Below the pieces are notes generated by a model. It was not told the DNA's origin, made no database searches, and was given only the letters and a program-made list of their open reading frames with translations. Of a DNA stretch of 64,000 nucleotides, positions 41,999 to 55,400 are shown one piece after another. A program made the translations under genes and the position numbers. The stretch covers positions 51,956,001 through 52,020,000 of the forward strand of contig CM060734.1 in NCBI GenBank assembly GCA_030704615.1, written 5' to 3'. This stretch comes from Takakia lepidozioides (lineage: Eukaryota > Plantae > Bryophyta). Within the stretch, counting starts at the first letter, position 1. Each line of letters begins with the position of its first letter.

Positions 41999-42760
41999 TT
42001 AGGTTTCAAGCAGCTGTCGCAAGACCGCCTCTGCTCGTTGCTCTACCTTGGGAAGAGCCCAGTCGTGTTGTAACAAATCCAGACCATCTTTCTCCGCACC
42101 CAGCGTCTTGGCAGGATCTGCGCCGAAGCCCCCCATTTGCATAGCCATTTGGGTCTGCATCAACCTCTGTGTATCGTCAATAGCATTTTCTTCCCCAAGA
42201 ATCAGACTGAAGAGACCTCGAAGCCCAAACAGATTCAAGAAATACCAAGACCGACTGCTCACGTAGCTCACATCAACAGAGCTCAGGTCGATTCCATTCT
42301 GAAGCATCCCACGAAACCTCTGTGTCAAAGGAAACGGAATCTTAGCGGCGACGAATCCCGAGAAGAAGAAATTGACCCACGCGAATGTCAAGGTCTGCGG
42401 TATGATCATAGAAAGGTTTTTCTTCATCATGTCCATAGCCATATTGGGATCCGAAAACATTTGCGCTTGCATATTCTGACCTTGACCTTTGGGAACATGC
42501 AACAACCCATTTTGCTCATTGTTGTAGTACGGTTTGCGCATGTGAAATGACTTTGCAGGGATGAGGTTGGCCCCTGCCCTCAGATATCTGGCCCTCAGCA
42601 CCACCTGACCTTCTTTCAGCGCTTTCAGGTCAGGGTTCTGGTTGGAACGCATGAGCTTGGCAACCAAATGACGAAGCACTCCTATCAGCACCATCACCAG
42701 CGACAGCGGCACCAGAACCCAATCCCGGATTTGGGTGTCCAGCACCAAATCGTTCGCCAT
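41999..42760 (-). CDS. EMC3: ER membrane protein complex subunit 3, intronless, 253 aa
   Basis: MANDLVLDTQIRDWVLVPL...WVNFFFSGFVAAKIPFPLTQRFRGMLQNGIDL..VDVSYVSSRSWYFLNLFGLRG. Confidence 0.95.
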   Translation of the reverse strand: MANDLVLDTQIRDWVLVPLSLVMVLIGVLRHLVAKLMRSNQNPDLKALKEGQVVLRARYLRAGANLIPAKSFHMRKPYYNNEQNGLLHVPKGQGQNMQAQMFSDPNMAMDMMKKNLSMIIPQTLTFAWVNFFFSGFVAAKIPFPLTQRFRGMLQNGIDLSSVDVSYVSSRSWYFLNLFGLRGLFSLILGEENAIDDTQRLMQTQMAMQMGGFGADPAKTLGAEKDGLDLLQHDWALPKVEQRAEAVLRQLLET

Positions 42761-42821
42761 TTCTCTTCCTCTCTCTCTCCCTCTCCCCACCCCAGTCCCC
42801 GACCTTCCCTCACCCAGCACG

Positions 42822-43137
42822 CCCCTCCCTCTCCCTCTCTCCCTCTCTCCCTCTCTCCCTCTCTCCCTCTAGGACTCCCTCTCCCTCTAAGACTCCCTCT
42901 TCTCCCTCTCCCTCTCTCCCTCTAGGACTCCCTCTCCCTCTAAGACTCCCTCTTCTCCCTCTCCCTCTCTCCCTCTAGGACTCCCCCTCCCTCTAAGACT
43001 CCCTCTTCTCCCTCTCCCTCTCTCCCTCTAGGACTCCCTCTCCCTCTAAGACTCCCTCTTCTCCCTCTCCCTCTCTCCCTCTAGGACTCCCTCTCCCTCT
43101 AAGACTCCCTCTTCTCCCTCTCCCTCTCTCCCTCTAG
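42822..43137. repeat. Polypyrimidine 53-bp tandem repeat (5 full units plus partial) between divergent EMC3 and UBA5
   Basis: AGGACTCC occurs at 42871, 42924, 42977, 43030 and 43083, an exact 53-bp period. Confidence 0.95.
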
Positions 43138-43164
43138 TTTCTTTCTCAGGTTGGTTGGGTATAT

Positions 43165-43214
43165 GTGCCTTGCCTGTGCATAACCTGAGTGATCCTGGGT
43201 TCAACCCATGGCAG
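43165..43214 (+). mobile_element. tRNA-derived SINE head fragment, same family as 7152-7332
   Basis: GTGCCTTGCCTGTGCATAACCTGAGTGATCCTGGGTTCAACCCATGGCAG aligns with GTGCCTTGCCTAAGCAAATCCTGGGAGATCCTAGAGTTCAATCCTTCAGCAG and contains a B-box-like motif. Confidence 0.5.
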
Positions 43215-43404
43215 AAATTGATCAAACAAAAACCCTTTTCCCAAAAAAGTTTACTGCTGTGAATCCATGCGGGCAGCCCGGGACGGGCCGTCCCGTCCCG
43301 CTTATCGCTAGCTGGGTTTGCAGTGAGAGGGAGAGTGAAGGGCCTCGCTGCTGGATCCACACGCGCACTGTATGTAACGCTGCTCACACAATTTGTTGCT
43401 TGCG

Positions 43405-46400
43405 ATGGAGGAGGAGGTGAAGGGGTTGCTGTCGATTCTGAAAACCCTGCAACCGGTTTTTGCAGATCCCCTGTATGCTGCGCAAGGGAAGCTGGTGAGT
43501 TCTTCATGATTGCCTCCTCCTTCCAAGTCTGTGGGGCGATGATGGGTCCATCGTCCGGTAATTTTGATTGCTTTTGTGGTTGTGTTTATATCTCTCCTTC
43601 TCCCTCTCCCCGGCATGGAAATTAAGCGGTTGATTGCGTTGTTCCTGATTGTGGCAAAGCTGAAGGAGCATGGAGAGAGGATCGCAGCTCTTGCCAAGAG
43701 AGCCCGGTTGCAATCTGGTGCCCGCCCAACAATCAAGGTATCTGTTTGTGCATTCTCTCCGTTGCCCGGTTGTTTTTCGGTTTGAGATGTGGGTGAAGGG
43801 GAGATCAGGGCTGCTTACTGGAGCTGGAATACGAGTGTGACAGAATGGGGGTGTTGGAACAGGAGATGAGTGGGGAGGTGGTTGACAGCAATCCCTACAG
43901 CAGGCTCATGGCGCTCAAACGCATGGGCATTGTAGGGAATTACGAACAGATCCGCGACTTTTCTGTTGCCATTGTGGTGCGTTCTTCTCGCCTTCGGTTT
44001 TATTTTGGTCGATGGATTCTGCAGCTCTCAATATCAGCAGGGACGAGAATGCAGAAGGGTGCTGATGGATCCAGATGTGACGTTGTAGGGTATTGGGGGG
44101 GTTGGCAGTGTGGCAGCGGAAATGCTGACGAGGTGTGGCATCGGACGCTTGCTGCTCTACGACTATGACACTGTGGAGCTTGCTAACATGAACCGCCTCT
44201 TCTTCCGTCCTGATCAGGTAATCTCCTACTTGCACAATTGTCCCTCATTTTCTCCTCAGATTCGGAGTGGAGTTCCGATTCCTACTCTGGATGACAGTTA
44301 TAGAACACCTTTCGTAGCTCGATTCACATGGACCTTCGGTAGAACAGAGGGGGAGTTAGCTTCACAGAAACATTCTTCGGCAGAGAAGTATGTTGCTGAG
44401 TAAGGGGAGGGACTTAGAAGGTTGGGGGTAAGCATTAGCCTGGTGGTGATGTTTAACTTGTTTGTGACAGGCAGGAATGACAAAAACAGATGCTGCTGTG
44501 CAAACACTTGCAGAAATCAATCCAGATGTGGTCCTTGAGGTGAGAAGTGTGGTCCTGCGCTGTTACTAGATGAGCAGAAATAAAGATCAGTAGTAGACCT
44601 GACTAGGATGGTTGATTTGTTTTGGTCATGTATCTATGGAATAGGCTACAAAATCCATTGGTTTGTGAAATGGAGTTTCGGTATTTGGTCAATGAAAGGT
44701 AGTTCACTTGATTTCTGTCAGTTTGACAACATCGAGTTCTTGAACAACGGGTTTAGTTCTGGAGTGGTTCATGCTGGGTGTGTAGTTAGTAAGATGGTTA
44801 TCTCCCTCTCTTTCTCTCCATATGTATTTATTGGGGTCAGAAGTGGTAGCACTGCATGTAAAACCCCTACATGACTCTGCCTCAGTGCATGCACAAAGAG
44901 ATGCACACCCTGCAAAAGCTCAGGGGCATATATCTGCACATCATACTTGTCATTGAGAAGTCCTAAACTTGGCCGCATGCAGAGTTACACGCTCAATATC
45001 ACAACAGTTGATGGATTCAGCAAATTCATGGATAGTTTGACACGACATGTCAAGGGCAGGATCATGGGAGGCCAGAGTGGAGTGGACTTAGTACTCAGCT
45101 GTGTGGACAATTACGAGGCACGGATGGTCGTCAACCAGGTGTCTATATGCTTCATCTTCTGTTTCATGCAGGCTGCCAATTATCGTTTTAGATTTCAGTA
45201 CAGAGAATCTGGTGGAGCTGATTATTTGGAAAGCTGTGTCCTTTATTTTGAGCTTTTGGAAGCTGGTCTTTGCATTGTCTTGTCATTCTTAATAGAAGTC
45301 AGTACACTGGCCCATGCGGAGTCCAAGGCAGTAAATAGACCTATCATACATGGCCCACAGCTAACTTGCTGACTGAAGGTGGTCTGTTTGTTTCTAGACA
45401 TCATGCTGGTATGCAACTGCCTGTATGCTTCCTTCTCACCAACCTTTGTAATCCTGAAGGGAACCAACTCAATATGAGGAAAGTTCATTTTATGGAGGGA
45501 GAGGAAATATTTCTCACAATGTGATTATCAACTATGGCATGCAGGCATGCAATGAGCTTGGTCAGACATGGATGGAGTCAGGTATCTTTTGAACTTTGGG
45601 TTGGGCCTCATACGTTGTTCCATGCAACAATTGGTTGTATGTCATTTTATTGTTTGGTCATGTTCTGTAGAAGAGACTCTATACATGGGCATGACACGGG
45701 AGACCTTTCTGATGTGCAGTTCCTTGCCAATGCAGGGGTGTCAGAGGATGCAGTGTCAGGCCACATCCAGTTGCTGATCCCTGGCGAAACTGCCTGCTTT
45801 GCCTGTGCTCCTCCTCTGGTAGGCTTCATATTCCCTTGTACCTTTGAAACAAGTGATGGAGCAAATGTATCTCTTTCCGATGAAAAACATGTTAGGGATG
45901 ATAAGGACTAAAGTGTAAACCTTTTGTACGGCAATTATGGAAGGATTGGTTGCGAAAGAGACAAGGATGGGTTGGTTGATTGGCAGGTGGTGGCATCCGG
46001 AGTGGATGAGCGCACTCTCAAGCGGGAAGGCGTGTGTGCAGCCTCTTTACCGACTACCATGGTAGGTACAAACCAGTGTCATACAATAATACTCTGGTAA
46101 CAAGTGAATGCGACCCTGTTGGTATCCCTTCCGGTAGTTGCCCATAGATCTCAAAAGATGCCTGCTACGATTTCCTAGCAAGTATGCAACTAACACCAGT
46201 AGTATTGAAATGAAAGGTTGTACTGTGGCAGAAAGTATACAGAGAGGACATACACATAAGTCATGCTGAAGCAGTGCAGTGATGGATGTGTTGGGCAGGG
46301 AATTGTTGCAGGGCTGTTGGTACAGAGTTCACTCAAGTACCTCCTTGGCTTTGGCCTTGTTTCCAAGTATCTGGTAATTGTTTTCCATTACCTCTATGAT

Positions 46401-47783
46401 CTCCCTTGTTTCTCTGTTTGTTCCTCAGGGAAGTTTATGTAAACCTTACCTCATTAAAACCATCTCAACCGTTAGGGGAGCTGCCTGCCAGGGTTACAGT
46501 GCTCTGAAGGACTTTTTTCCAAGGATGGAGATGTGGCCAAATCCTCAGTGTTCAAACTCAGCCTGTCTTATCCGGCAGGTATTTGTTCTTCTTACATGTG
46601 TGGGACTGTGTGATGCAAATACAAAGGCTATCCATTCTCCCTACTACCTAGGGAATTGTAAACAAGTACAATTATGGACAAGCAGATGTCAGTGCACTTT
46701 TGACTTTGTTTTAACTTTGACTTTGTGATGATACTTCATCCTTGTCATGTAGGGCCAGGTCCAAGTGGTAGAATCGTTTGTTTGTCTATTTGAACTGCAC
46801 CAACATATATTACAAATAAAATATCCTCATACTGCTTTTGGATGGATTCCTGTTCGTTAGACAGCATATCCTGCCTAGGAACTAGTTTCAACAGTATTGG
46901 TTACAAGGCACATGTAGAGATTATATAGGTTCCGTTGGCATGTTGTTGTTGGTCATTGAAGATAACCAAGAAGTGTTTCTTGTTGGAGAAAGGCAAGCGG
47001 CATTTGATTAGTGAGATTTGTGGTGCATGACAGAATGAGTATGCAACAGACAAACCAGCACGTGATGCTGCTGCCAGGGCCAAGGCAGAGGCTGATGCAG
47101 CTGAGGCTGACTTGGCTTCTAATGTGCCACTACATGAAGACAATGTGTGGAATATTAGGTGATGTCTCCTCTCCTCCATCCGTACATGCGAGTACTTCGT
47201 AGCATACAAGATCTGGCTTATCTGAGAGCTCACTTTTTGAACTTGCTCAGGTGTTTATGTGGTATGCCTCAACGTTTGCTATCTATCTCAAGATACCTGA
47301 TAACAATCTAATGTATAAGGAAACTTGAAGCATGGAAAGGAGGTGCCAAGGAATGATGGATTTTTTGGGTAACTGATTGCAGTTTAGTGGATGATGACCA
47401 AGCTAAGTCCTCTATTGCGGATGCAGTGGGATCCTCACACCCTTCAGGTCTTTTCCTGTCCCTCTCTCTGGTCCCCCAAGGCCTCTATCATCTCCAGTTA
47501 ATGTATTATAAGGTTGTGGGTTTTGATTCTTACATCAAGCATGTATGGAAGGAGTTGTGTTTTGGAATAGAGGCTGTGATTATTTTTTTCTGTACTAATT
47601 TCGTCGAAAAGGATATTAATATCTGACTTGGGTGGCACAGTTCTCCTGCCAGAGGGCCTGCTGCGGGAATTGCCGGATGCAGATGTGACGGATGTCTCCA
47701 CATCGGCAGATGGCTCATTTGTTCAGCCTGGAGGAGATTTGGAAGAGTTGCAAAAGCAACTTGAAGCTTTGAATGCATTTTGA
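43405..47783 (+). CDS. UBA5: UFM1-activating E1 enzyme, multi-exon
   Basis: MEEEVKGLL (exon 1, 43405-43494), [77 protein letters not shown]-terminal [18 protein letters not shown] at 47781-47783. Confidence 0.95.
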
Positions 47784-49524
47784 CCAACATTATTGTTGTC
47801 TGGTTTCAATGAGTTTAAGCTCTACTCTCTCATGCTCAACCAGAACACATTTACTCATTGACTTGGCCACCTTTGTTGGTGGATCGTATTTTGGGACAGT
47901 CACAGTCATGACACCAGTTTTGTTAGCTTGACCTCTGATATAAGACAATGGTCCATATGATCAACTTATTGCAAAATGACATGCAGGATACTTGTAATAT
48001 GCTCGTGTAGGCTATCAATTGGTATTCCGGGGAGACCTTTCGTGAATTTAAAAATACAGTAACTTCTGAGTGAACCTGTTTTGTGGGTTCCAGTAATTGC
48101 AAGTGACTGGATGATAGCAGCCATGGCCCCAAGCCACGAGTGCATCTTGAGCATAGATTCCACAGATGATTTCTATGTGGATTTCAAACCTTTCAGCTGA
48201 AGGTATATCCCTACTGCCGCACGTGAAAAAGAGTGGCATTCAAATTACAATCCCACTTGAGAACACTCTACACTAGGTAGAATTAAAGCTTTGCCTGTGC
48301 TGCCTTAACCCTGTTTCCCCTTATGGAATACATCTTTCATTGCCAGGAGTCTTGCTGCAGTAGCTGCCAAGAATTATCAAGTATCAGCACAAATGGAAGA
48401 AACAACCTTGTCCAAGTAGATCGAAAACTTTAACACTTACACCTGCTAAGCTGCATAGGTGAATGCAGAGCATACACGAACATGTTCACCAGGTTGGATA
48501 GGCTGCAAAGTTCCCGTTACCATTACTAGGTGGCAAGAGTGGCCACCCATGGTAAGACTGTAAGACCTGACTTCCCCTTGGTGGTGTTCCTCACCAATTA
48601 AAACCGTAGAAGGAACAAAAGTAGAATCTAGCACCCTCAGCAGTCTCCTGTGCTGCCTATTCACTCAGTATTCTGACTTGCTCATGCTCATTGTTACCAT
48701 GTAGTCAACTCCTACTTCCGCAGCCTGCATACTTAATTTTCCAATTCCACAGCTTTCCATCTCCTCCATACTGAATCTCTTGAAGAGAGCTCAGAATTGC
48801 AAGCTATTCTTTCTTGCTCTCCTGTTTAGTTTTCCAGAGTTGCTTCTCTATGCTCCAACATCGCCTTTCAATTGACAATGGAAAAGGAACAAAAGTAGAA
48901 TCTAGCACCCTCAGCCCTCTTGTGTGCTCCTGACGGGCTCATAGACAAAGTCCCAATGTGCAGATTCTGAAAACTAGACCCAGAAGCCACGGAAACCTAG
49001 GATTAGTGGTGATTTCTTGTAGCTGCGCAAAGCGGGGTGCAGAAATGTACCCACAATTTGCAGAAGGACATCTACTTGAAGTTGGCAAGTCCTGAATTGG
49101 GCACTCAGCTTTCAGGCTAGCAGGAAGACATAACTCACCGTACCTCATCATCCACACAACTGCAGAAGAGGAACGAGAATCAATTGACCCCAAACAGCTG
49201 ATAACCTTTAATCATCTCTTAAAACATTCAAATGTTGTCTTTCAATACCTCTCAAAGATTGTTCGGTAAAGCAAAATACCATTGTGGATCCCCTACACAT
49301 TTTGATACACTTGAACCTTTGTGTTTAGTTGGAATTTAGTGCAAGTCTAAGTGGAGATACAATGTGATGCATCTACATAGTACATCCCTCCCCAAGAATG
49401 CACACTTGGTCAAGGTGATGAGTACTTCACAATTGCAACCCAAACAGTTAAAATCCAGGAGAGGTGGGCGGCAAGTTGAATAGTTTTGCAATCTTACCAA
49501 TAGGGAGCAGAAGCTGCACAGAGA

Positions 49525-51669
49525 TCAAAGGACATGTGCTTCATTCCGAAGTTTGTCTAGCAGCTCATCAACCGATGCCACCATCACCCCACCCTTGCGT
49601 TTGGATGGTTCAACCACCTGCAGCACCTCCAAGTCAGGCGTGATTTGCACCTGAAGCTGCTCAGGGGTGACTTGTGTGATGTTTTTCTTCTTAGCCTTCA
49701 TTATGTTGGGCAGTGTCGCATAGCGTGGCTGATTCAGTCGTAGATCCGTTCTACACCAATCCCCTAACCCTAATAAGTACAATCATCCTCCGAAAAACCA
49801 TATTAAGTCAACTCAAGAGCTTCAGGTTTGTCACTCTCTTGCTTCAGGTCTGACAGGGCAGCACACACATACGTAATAACAGTTGGCAGCTGCAGCTTCA
49901 CCATCTCCAGGCCACTATCCACTTCCCGTTCGACCGTCACTGTGCCTGTCTCTTTATCAACTGAAACCTGCACCACCTTTCCCTCCATCTCATCACTTCT
50001 GACAGACTGGTAGTTGTTTTCCGAATACCATATGTTGTGAAAACGCCAACAGTAACACAGACCTTCTTTCATGTGTTACTAACAAACACTGATCACTCAC
50101 ATACCTTAGATGCAAAGGTGCCTTGTGGCCACTTAAGGAGGCCAGCCACCATCTGGCCAGTTTGATTAGCATCATCATCAATAGCCTGTCATGCCATTGA
50201 GTTGCAAAGGATTACTTTCTCCACACCTCTTCCCCCATTTGTCCTTTCTTTTGCCAAAAGAAATGTACTACAATTTTTTTGAATGCCTGCAAAACACACA
50301 TTTAGGCCTGCACTTCTGTCCGACTGAACCACCACAAAAGAGCACAGTGTCCTGAAAAACCAGCAGGAAATGGATACCAGATTCAGTAAGCAGACCTCCC
50401 AGATTGTGACATAACAGATTTGTATGGGAGTTCAATTGACAAAGGGAAGTTGGGGGGGGGGGGGGGGGGGGAGTGGTTGGTGTGGGGGCGGGGCGGGGGA
50501 GTGGGGGGGGGCACATATACTGAAGTAAGGAATCCTTACAACCTGCTTGCCAAGAAGAATTAGTTGAGGATTCTCAGAGGTGGCAAGGGCTGTCAGCATT
50601 TTGGCCACGACCAATGGGTAGAGCGACTCAGCAGTGGATACATGGATGGCACGATCGGCACCCATGGCCAGGCCAGTTCGCAGTGTATCACTACATTGGG
50701 GACCTCCTATGCTCACCACCACCACTTCATTGGCGTGCCCTGCTTCACGCAGCCGCAGAGCCTCCTCCAGTGCAATCTCACAGAAAGGGTTCATTGCCAT
50801 CTTCACATTCGTAGTCTCCACCCCACTCTGCGCCCACCCCCTTCGTTCCTTCCCATTATTCTCTTCTCAACCAGCATGCACTGAACATCATGAATTCAAT
50901 TGACCCTGTTAGAGTGTGTGCTGCAGTGCAGTCGCCTGAAGCCATTACTTTACTGACTACATGCCAACAACATTACTGCGGAGCTAGCAGCATCAAGCGG
51001 CCGAGTGTTTTGGCAACGGTGAGACGAGCTATAATATCAATAAAATCTGAATAAGACCATGGTATGTGCCCTTTATCTTATGGGAGAGATGGGACTCGCA
51101 CTATATGCCGCACAACTGACCTGCTACAAAACTCCCGTTGTTTGCAATAAGAAGCATGCATCGCCTGCCATCTCAGGGTGTGATTAATGTCTCAGAGATT
51201 GCATAGTTTCTTTGTGCGTGGATGCCAGGCAATGGCCACCGAATAGCGTCCTTACAGTGGCTGCCTCATAGTAAAGCAGACAACGACAAGACTACTCGGA
51301 AATCTCCTATGTTGCTGACTTCATTTTGCCCACATTGACCCCGGAACAAAAATGGAGTCCCTGTGAAAAGGAAAATGTACAAATGCAGAGCAGCACAAGT
51401 GCTGCTGGCCGTTGCTGAGGATCTGGTGTAACAATTCTTATCTGGCTTCCAGTCACTTCAATTGTGTCTTTCAATGGACGACCGTGCAAAATCAAGCAAT
51501 TACTCTTAGAAAAGGTCTCAAATTCCATCGCATTGTCTTCTCAGCACCACCGAAAGCATTCCGACACATACAAGTGCTTCAAAAGGCAAAGAGATCGCAC
51601 TTTATCAGATTTCACACGGATCTTGACGGCATAATCAATAACACGCTTCACAGCAACCATGATCTTCAT
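49525..51669 (-). CDS. ETFB: Electron transfer flavoprotein beta subunit, multi-exon
   Basis: [50 protein letters not shown]|[41 protein letters not shown]. Confidence 0.95.
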
Positions 51670-52449
51670 GCTGCCAACGCTGGTGCTATCCTGCGTGACC
51701 CACACAGCAGCCGATAATGAAACGCGACTGCAAACCGACCCACTCGCAATGAATCTTCCGGGGAGCCCTCAATCGCAGGGACAACGCTCGCTTGTAGCGC
51801 CATGCAACTCTGCCCCCGAGAGACTGCATTTGCTTCGCTGGAAGTCTTTATCCTTAGCTTGCTTTGCCTTTTCTTTAATCATTCGTTAGAGATCACTGAA
51901 AGCCGTTAAGTTCTATGGACGGGTCCCTCGCTGTTTGGGGGACCACGTCTTCAGAGGGATGGTCAGTTGGAACAGAGGTCTTGTAAGGCCAACCCCCATT
52001 GTAGTCAATGGATTCAGTAAACTTTTTGAAGAGAACCTTCCCAGATTGATTGACGATGATGGGACCGATCAGTTTTCCAAACAGCGTGCTCGATTCTTCC
52101 CCAAAACCAAAATGGTGGCAAGGTGCAAAGATAGAGGAAAGTCGAAAGTCTGGATGCCCCGCTTCTGGATTCACACACATGAACTCTTTGTCCAAGTACT
52201 TCTCCAACTACTTTGACGATTAACAGCACAAATGTGTGACAAAAAATCCAGGACAAAACTTCTTGTCTTGAAACCTGAACAGGAAGATCATTATTTTCCA
52301 TAAAGGAATAAGAAGGGAAGGGAGACGGGAACAAAAAGAGGACCAACATGGAAACCAGATGCCTAGAGTTCATGTACAGTGCTCCTGCTCCACTAACAAA
52401 AGGTTGCAACCACCAATAAGCAAGACTTCAGATGCTCGCGAGTGCAACA

Positions 52450-55400
52450 CTACTTAGAGATGTTTACAAGAGAAGGAGCCAGTATGTCAATCAAGCCATC
52501 TGGGTTATCAGTGTGCAACCAATGCCCAGCATTCTCTAGAATGTGATAAGACACTCCGCCACTCTTCTTGGCTACCAACCCTTCCAAGCGCGCCAAAATC
52601 TCAGACGTCCAGCGGTCACTCTTGATGGCTCGCACCATTGCTATGTGTGTACCGTGTGGTGGCTCCTCCAACACTGACCAGTAACTTAGGTTCCTGCCAA
52701 ACCAGCATACTGCCCATCACCCACCACAACATTGACTAACCCAGATAGCATCAATAAGCCTACCCCACCATGCACTTCACAAGCTGAGAACTACTCTAGG
52801 CCTTGGCCCTATGAAAAGTGTTGATGTTGAATGTTTTAATAAGAACATTACCGTCACATCATATGGCAGTTAGTGTTATTATTAATGTGTTAATACCATT
52901 CACAAGATTTGATCTTTAGCAGAGTACTTGTACACTCCAGATGTATCACCACTGCTGCTAGTTACATTGCAGCTTTTAGTATAGGGGGAGGGAGACAGAA
53001 AGAGAACCTGTAGGAGGCAAACATATCATGAGCTCCTTTAACATTGAAAACCCATTCCATCTCCTCACTAGACAAGTTTGTGCGTTTCAGATTACTTCCC
53101 AGCCAGTCCGCCAGCCCTTTCGAAAATCCTAGCTCCACCATGTGTTTTGATAGCCACCTGCCAACAACAAGCACATGGGCTATCAGCAAACTGTAATTGA
53201 ATGTAGAATTCTCCACTCCACCTTCCATGACCTGTGTACAGCATCTGGATAATGGGAGCAAAGAGACACCCTCAGAGTCTAAAAGCAAGCTCGTCACCAG
53301 TACATTGTCTTAGAATCGCCAAACCCAAAGGGGGTGGGGGAAAAGGATAGTAGTGGAGCAGGATGAGGGTCCCTATTACACATAAGACAAGAAGGAAAAC
53401 CTGCCTGCGTGAGGGAATGGGTCGGGGCAGAGATTCTAAGGTGGCCAGCACGCGCTCCACTTCACCATCTGAATATTCCATTGGAACTTCGCCTGGCACA
53501 GAGTCCAAAATCCATAGCTGTTGACACACTTTCAATTAATACTCACCCTTTCTCGCCTTCCTGCCGCCACTCCACCATGTCAGCTTCGTTCTCTCCTGCT
53601 CTTCGTGTACTGCAGCACTCCCCCCCAAACCTTTCCAACACTTTCCTGCTCTCCCTCAATTTCCTCACGATGTAGAGTGCACATACCTACTCTTAAGGAC
53701 ATAACCGCAGGCTTGCACTTCCACAGGTACAGTAGCAAAATCTATGAGATTGCTTCACCACTATTGCAATGAGGGTTACAACATAAGCTTAACTGAAAGC
53801 ACTGTTGCCAAGCTGAAAATCGAGCACAATAGGAGGGAGTGAGTCCAAACACCTGTCTTGGGAGAACAGCAGTCCCATATGACCCTGCAGCCGCCTTTTG
53901 TACAAAATCAAGAACAACCTTGCCACCTAGTGAATGCGAAATCATGACATCTGGCCATCCCCAGGACTGTGATTTGATGAGGTCTGCCACGTCTCTTGCT
54001 GCTGCTGGAATATCATGTGGTGGCATGAATTCTGGCAAGTTTGCAGATTGCCCATGATTCCGGAGATCAACCAATACCATGCGCCATCCTGCCACCCACC
54101 TCCAGCCATCACTCACAGAAGAGTTCGATATGCTGATTCCTACAGCAACTATGAATAGGCACGGTCCACAATTTTGCGTTACAACATGCAAACCAAGTGG
54201 GTCAACAGGGACTAGCCCGCCACTTCACAGCCGTAGAATGTACTCATAAGACGTTGTTTGCCGTAGCCTTGTGGCCATTGACCCCGTCCCCAGTTTGAGC
54301 GGAACACAAAGGGACAGAACCTACCTTTGGCAGGGGCTGACGCCGGTAGTAAGACTTACCTTTAAATAAACAATTGATCCGGGTTTTCCAGATATCCTCT
54401 AGAAATCCCTTCACACAAGCATCAATCTGCTGTGTGTGGTTTGCCCAATAACTAGGCCCAAAAGGACCTGGGCTTTTGGCTCAACCTCGAGACTTTCCAA
54501 GTTGGTAAACAGAGGTCCCTCCACCAATTTGGGCCTAGTGGAAATTCCCTTTAGTAGATGGCAGTCCGGAATAGCTCCCCACTCCTTGGTCACAATTCCC
54601 TTGAAAGATTTGAGGAGAGTGTCTCTCTGGTGAGAGAACCCCGGACGATGAGGCAGAAAATGAATATTCTCTTCAGGTTGCCCACACAACGGGCAATTGC
54701 ACTTCCGTTTTCTGTTCAAAGGTAGGCTTCCCGCCCTGAGTAATTTCAGTCTAGTGCCGAGAGTGGGTAGACCCTTGAGGTCATCCATGATGTCCTCCCC
54801 CATGTCACAGACTGGAAACAAGTTCAGGGAAGTTTTCTGCCTAACTTCATTTTCATCAGACAATTTCCTGGCAAGAGACATGGCTTTGGACACGACAGCC
54901 TCTAAGTCAGATTTATCCAGCAGGGCGGATTGAGATTCAGATCCTTGAGAATCTCTTCTACTCTATTGCGCCAGGACTTAGCCTGTTTGACAGGGCGATC
55001 CTGTTGCCAAGATATAGAGTCGATTAACTTAGGATATCTGATGTTGGACATATATTGCAGCTGACCCAACCATCTGACCTTGAATTCATCTCGTCGGGAG
55101 CTTAAAGAAGGGATGCCAAACTCACCCCGAACAGCCACATTGGCTGTTTTGGAGCATGCTGACATGCACTCCTTAAGCACCCCCACTTGAATGGATTCTA
55201 GAGACTTAGCCTGGTTGGAGTTATCAACCCATATTGCAGATGCGTACTCCAAGGCAGGTCTAATAACGCGACAAAGCATAGTTTTCTCAGTTGATCCCTC
55301 TGCAGTGGAAAAATTTAGTGAGACCCAGCGCTTTACGCTTGCCAGTTTGAACAACTTTCTGAATATGTGCATTCCACTTACAGTTGGAGGAAAACTACCC

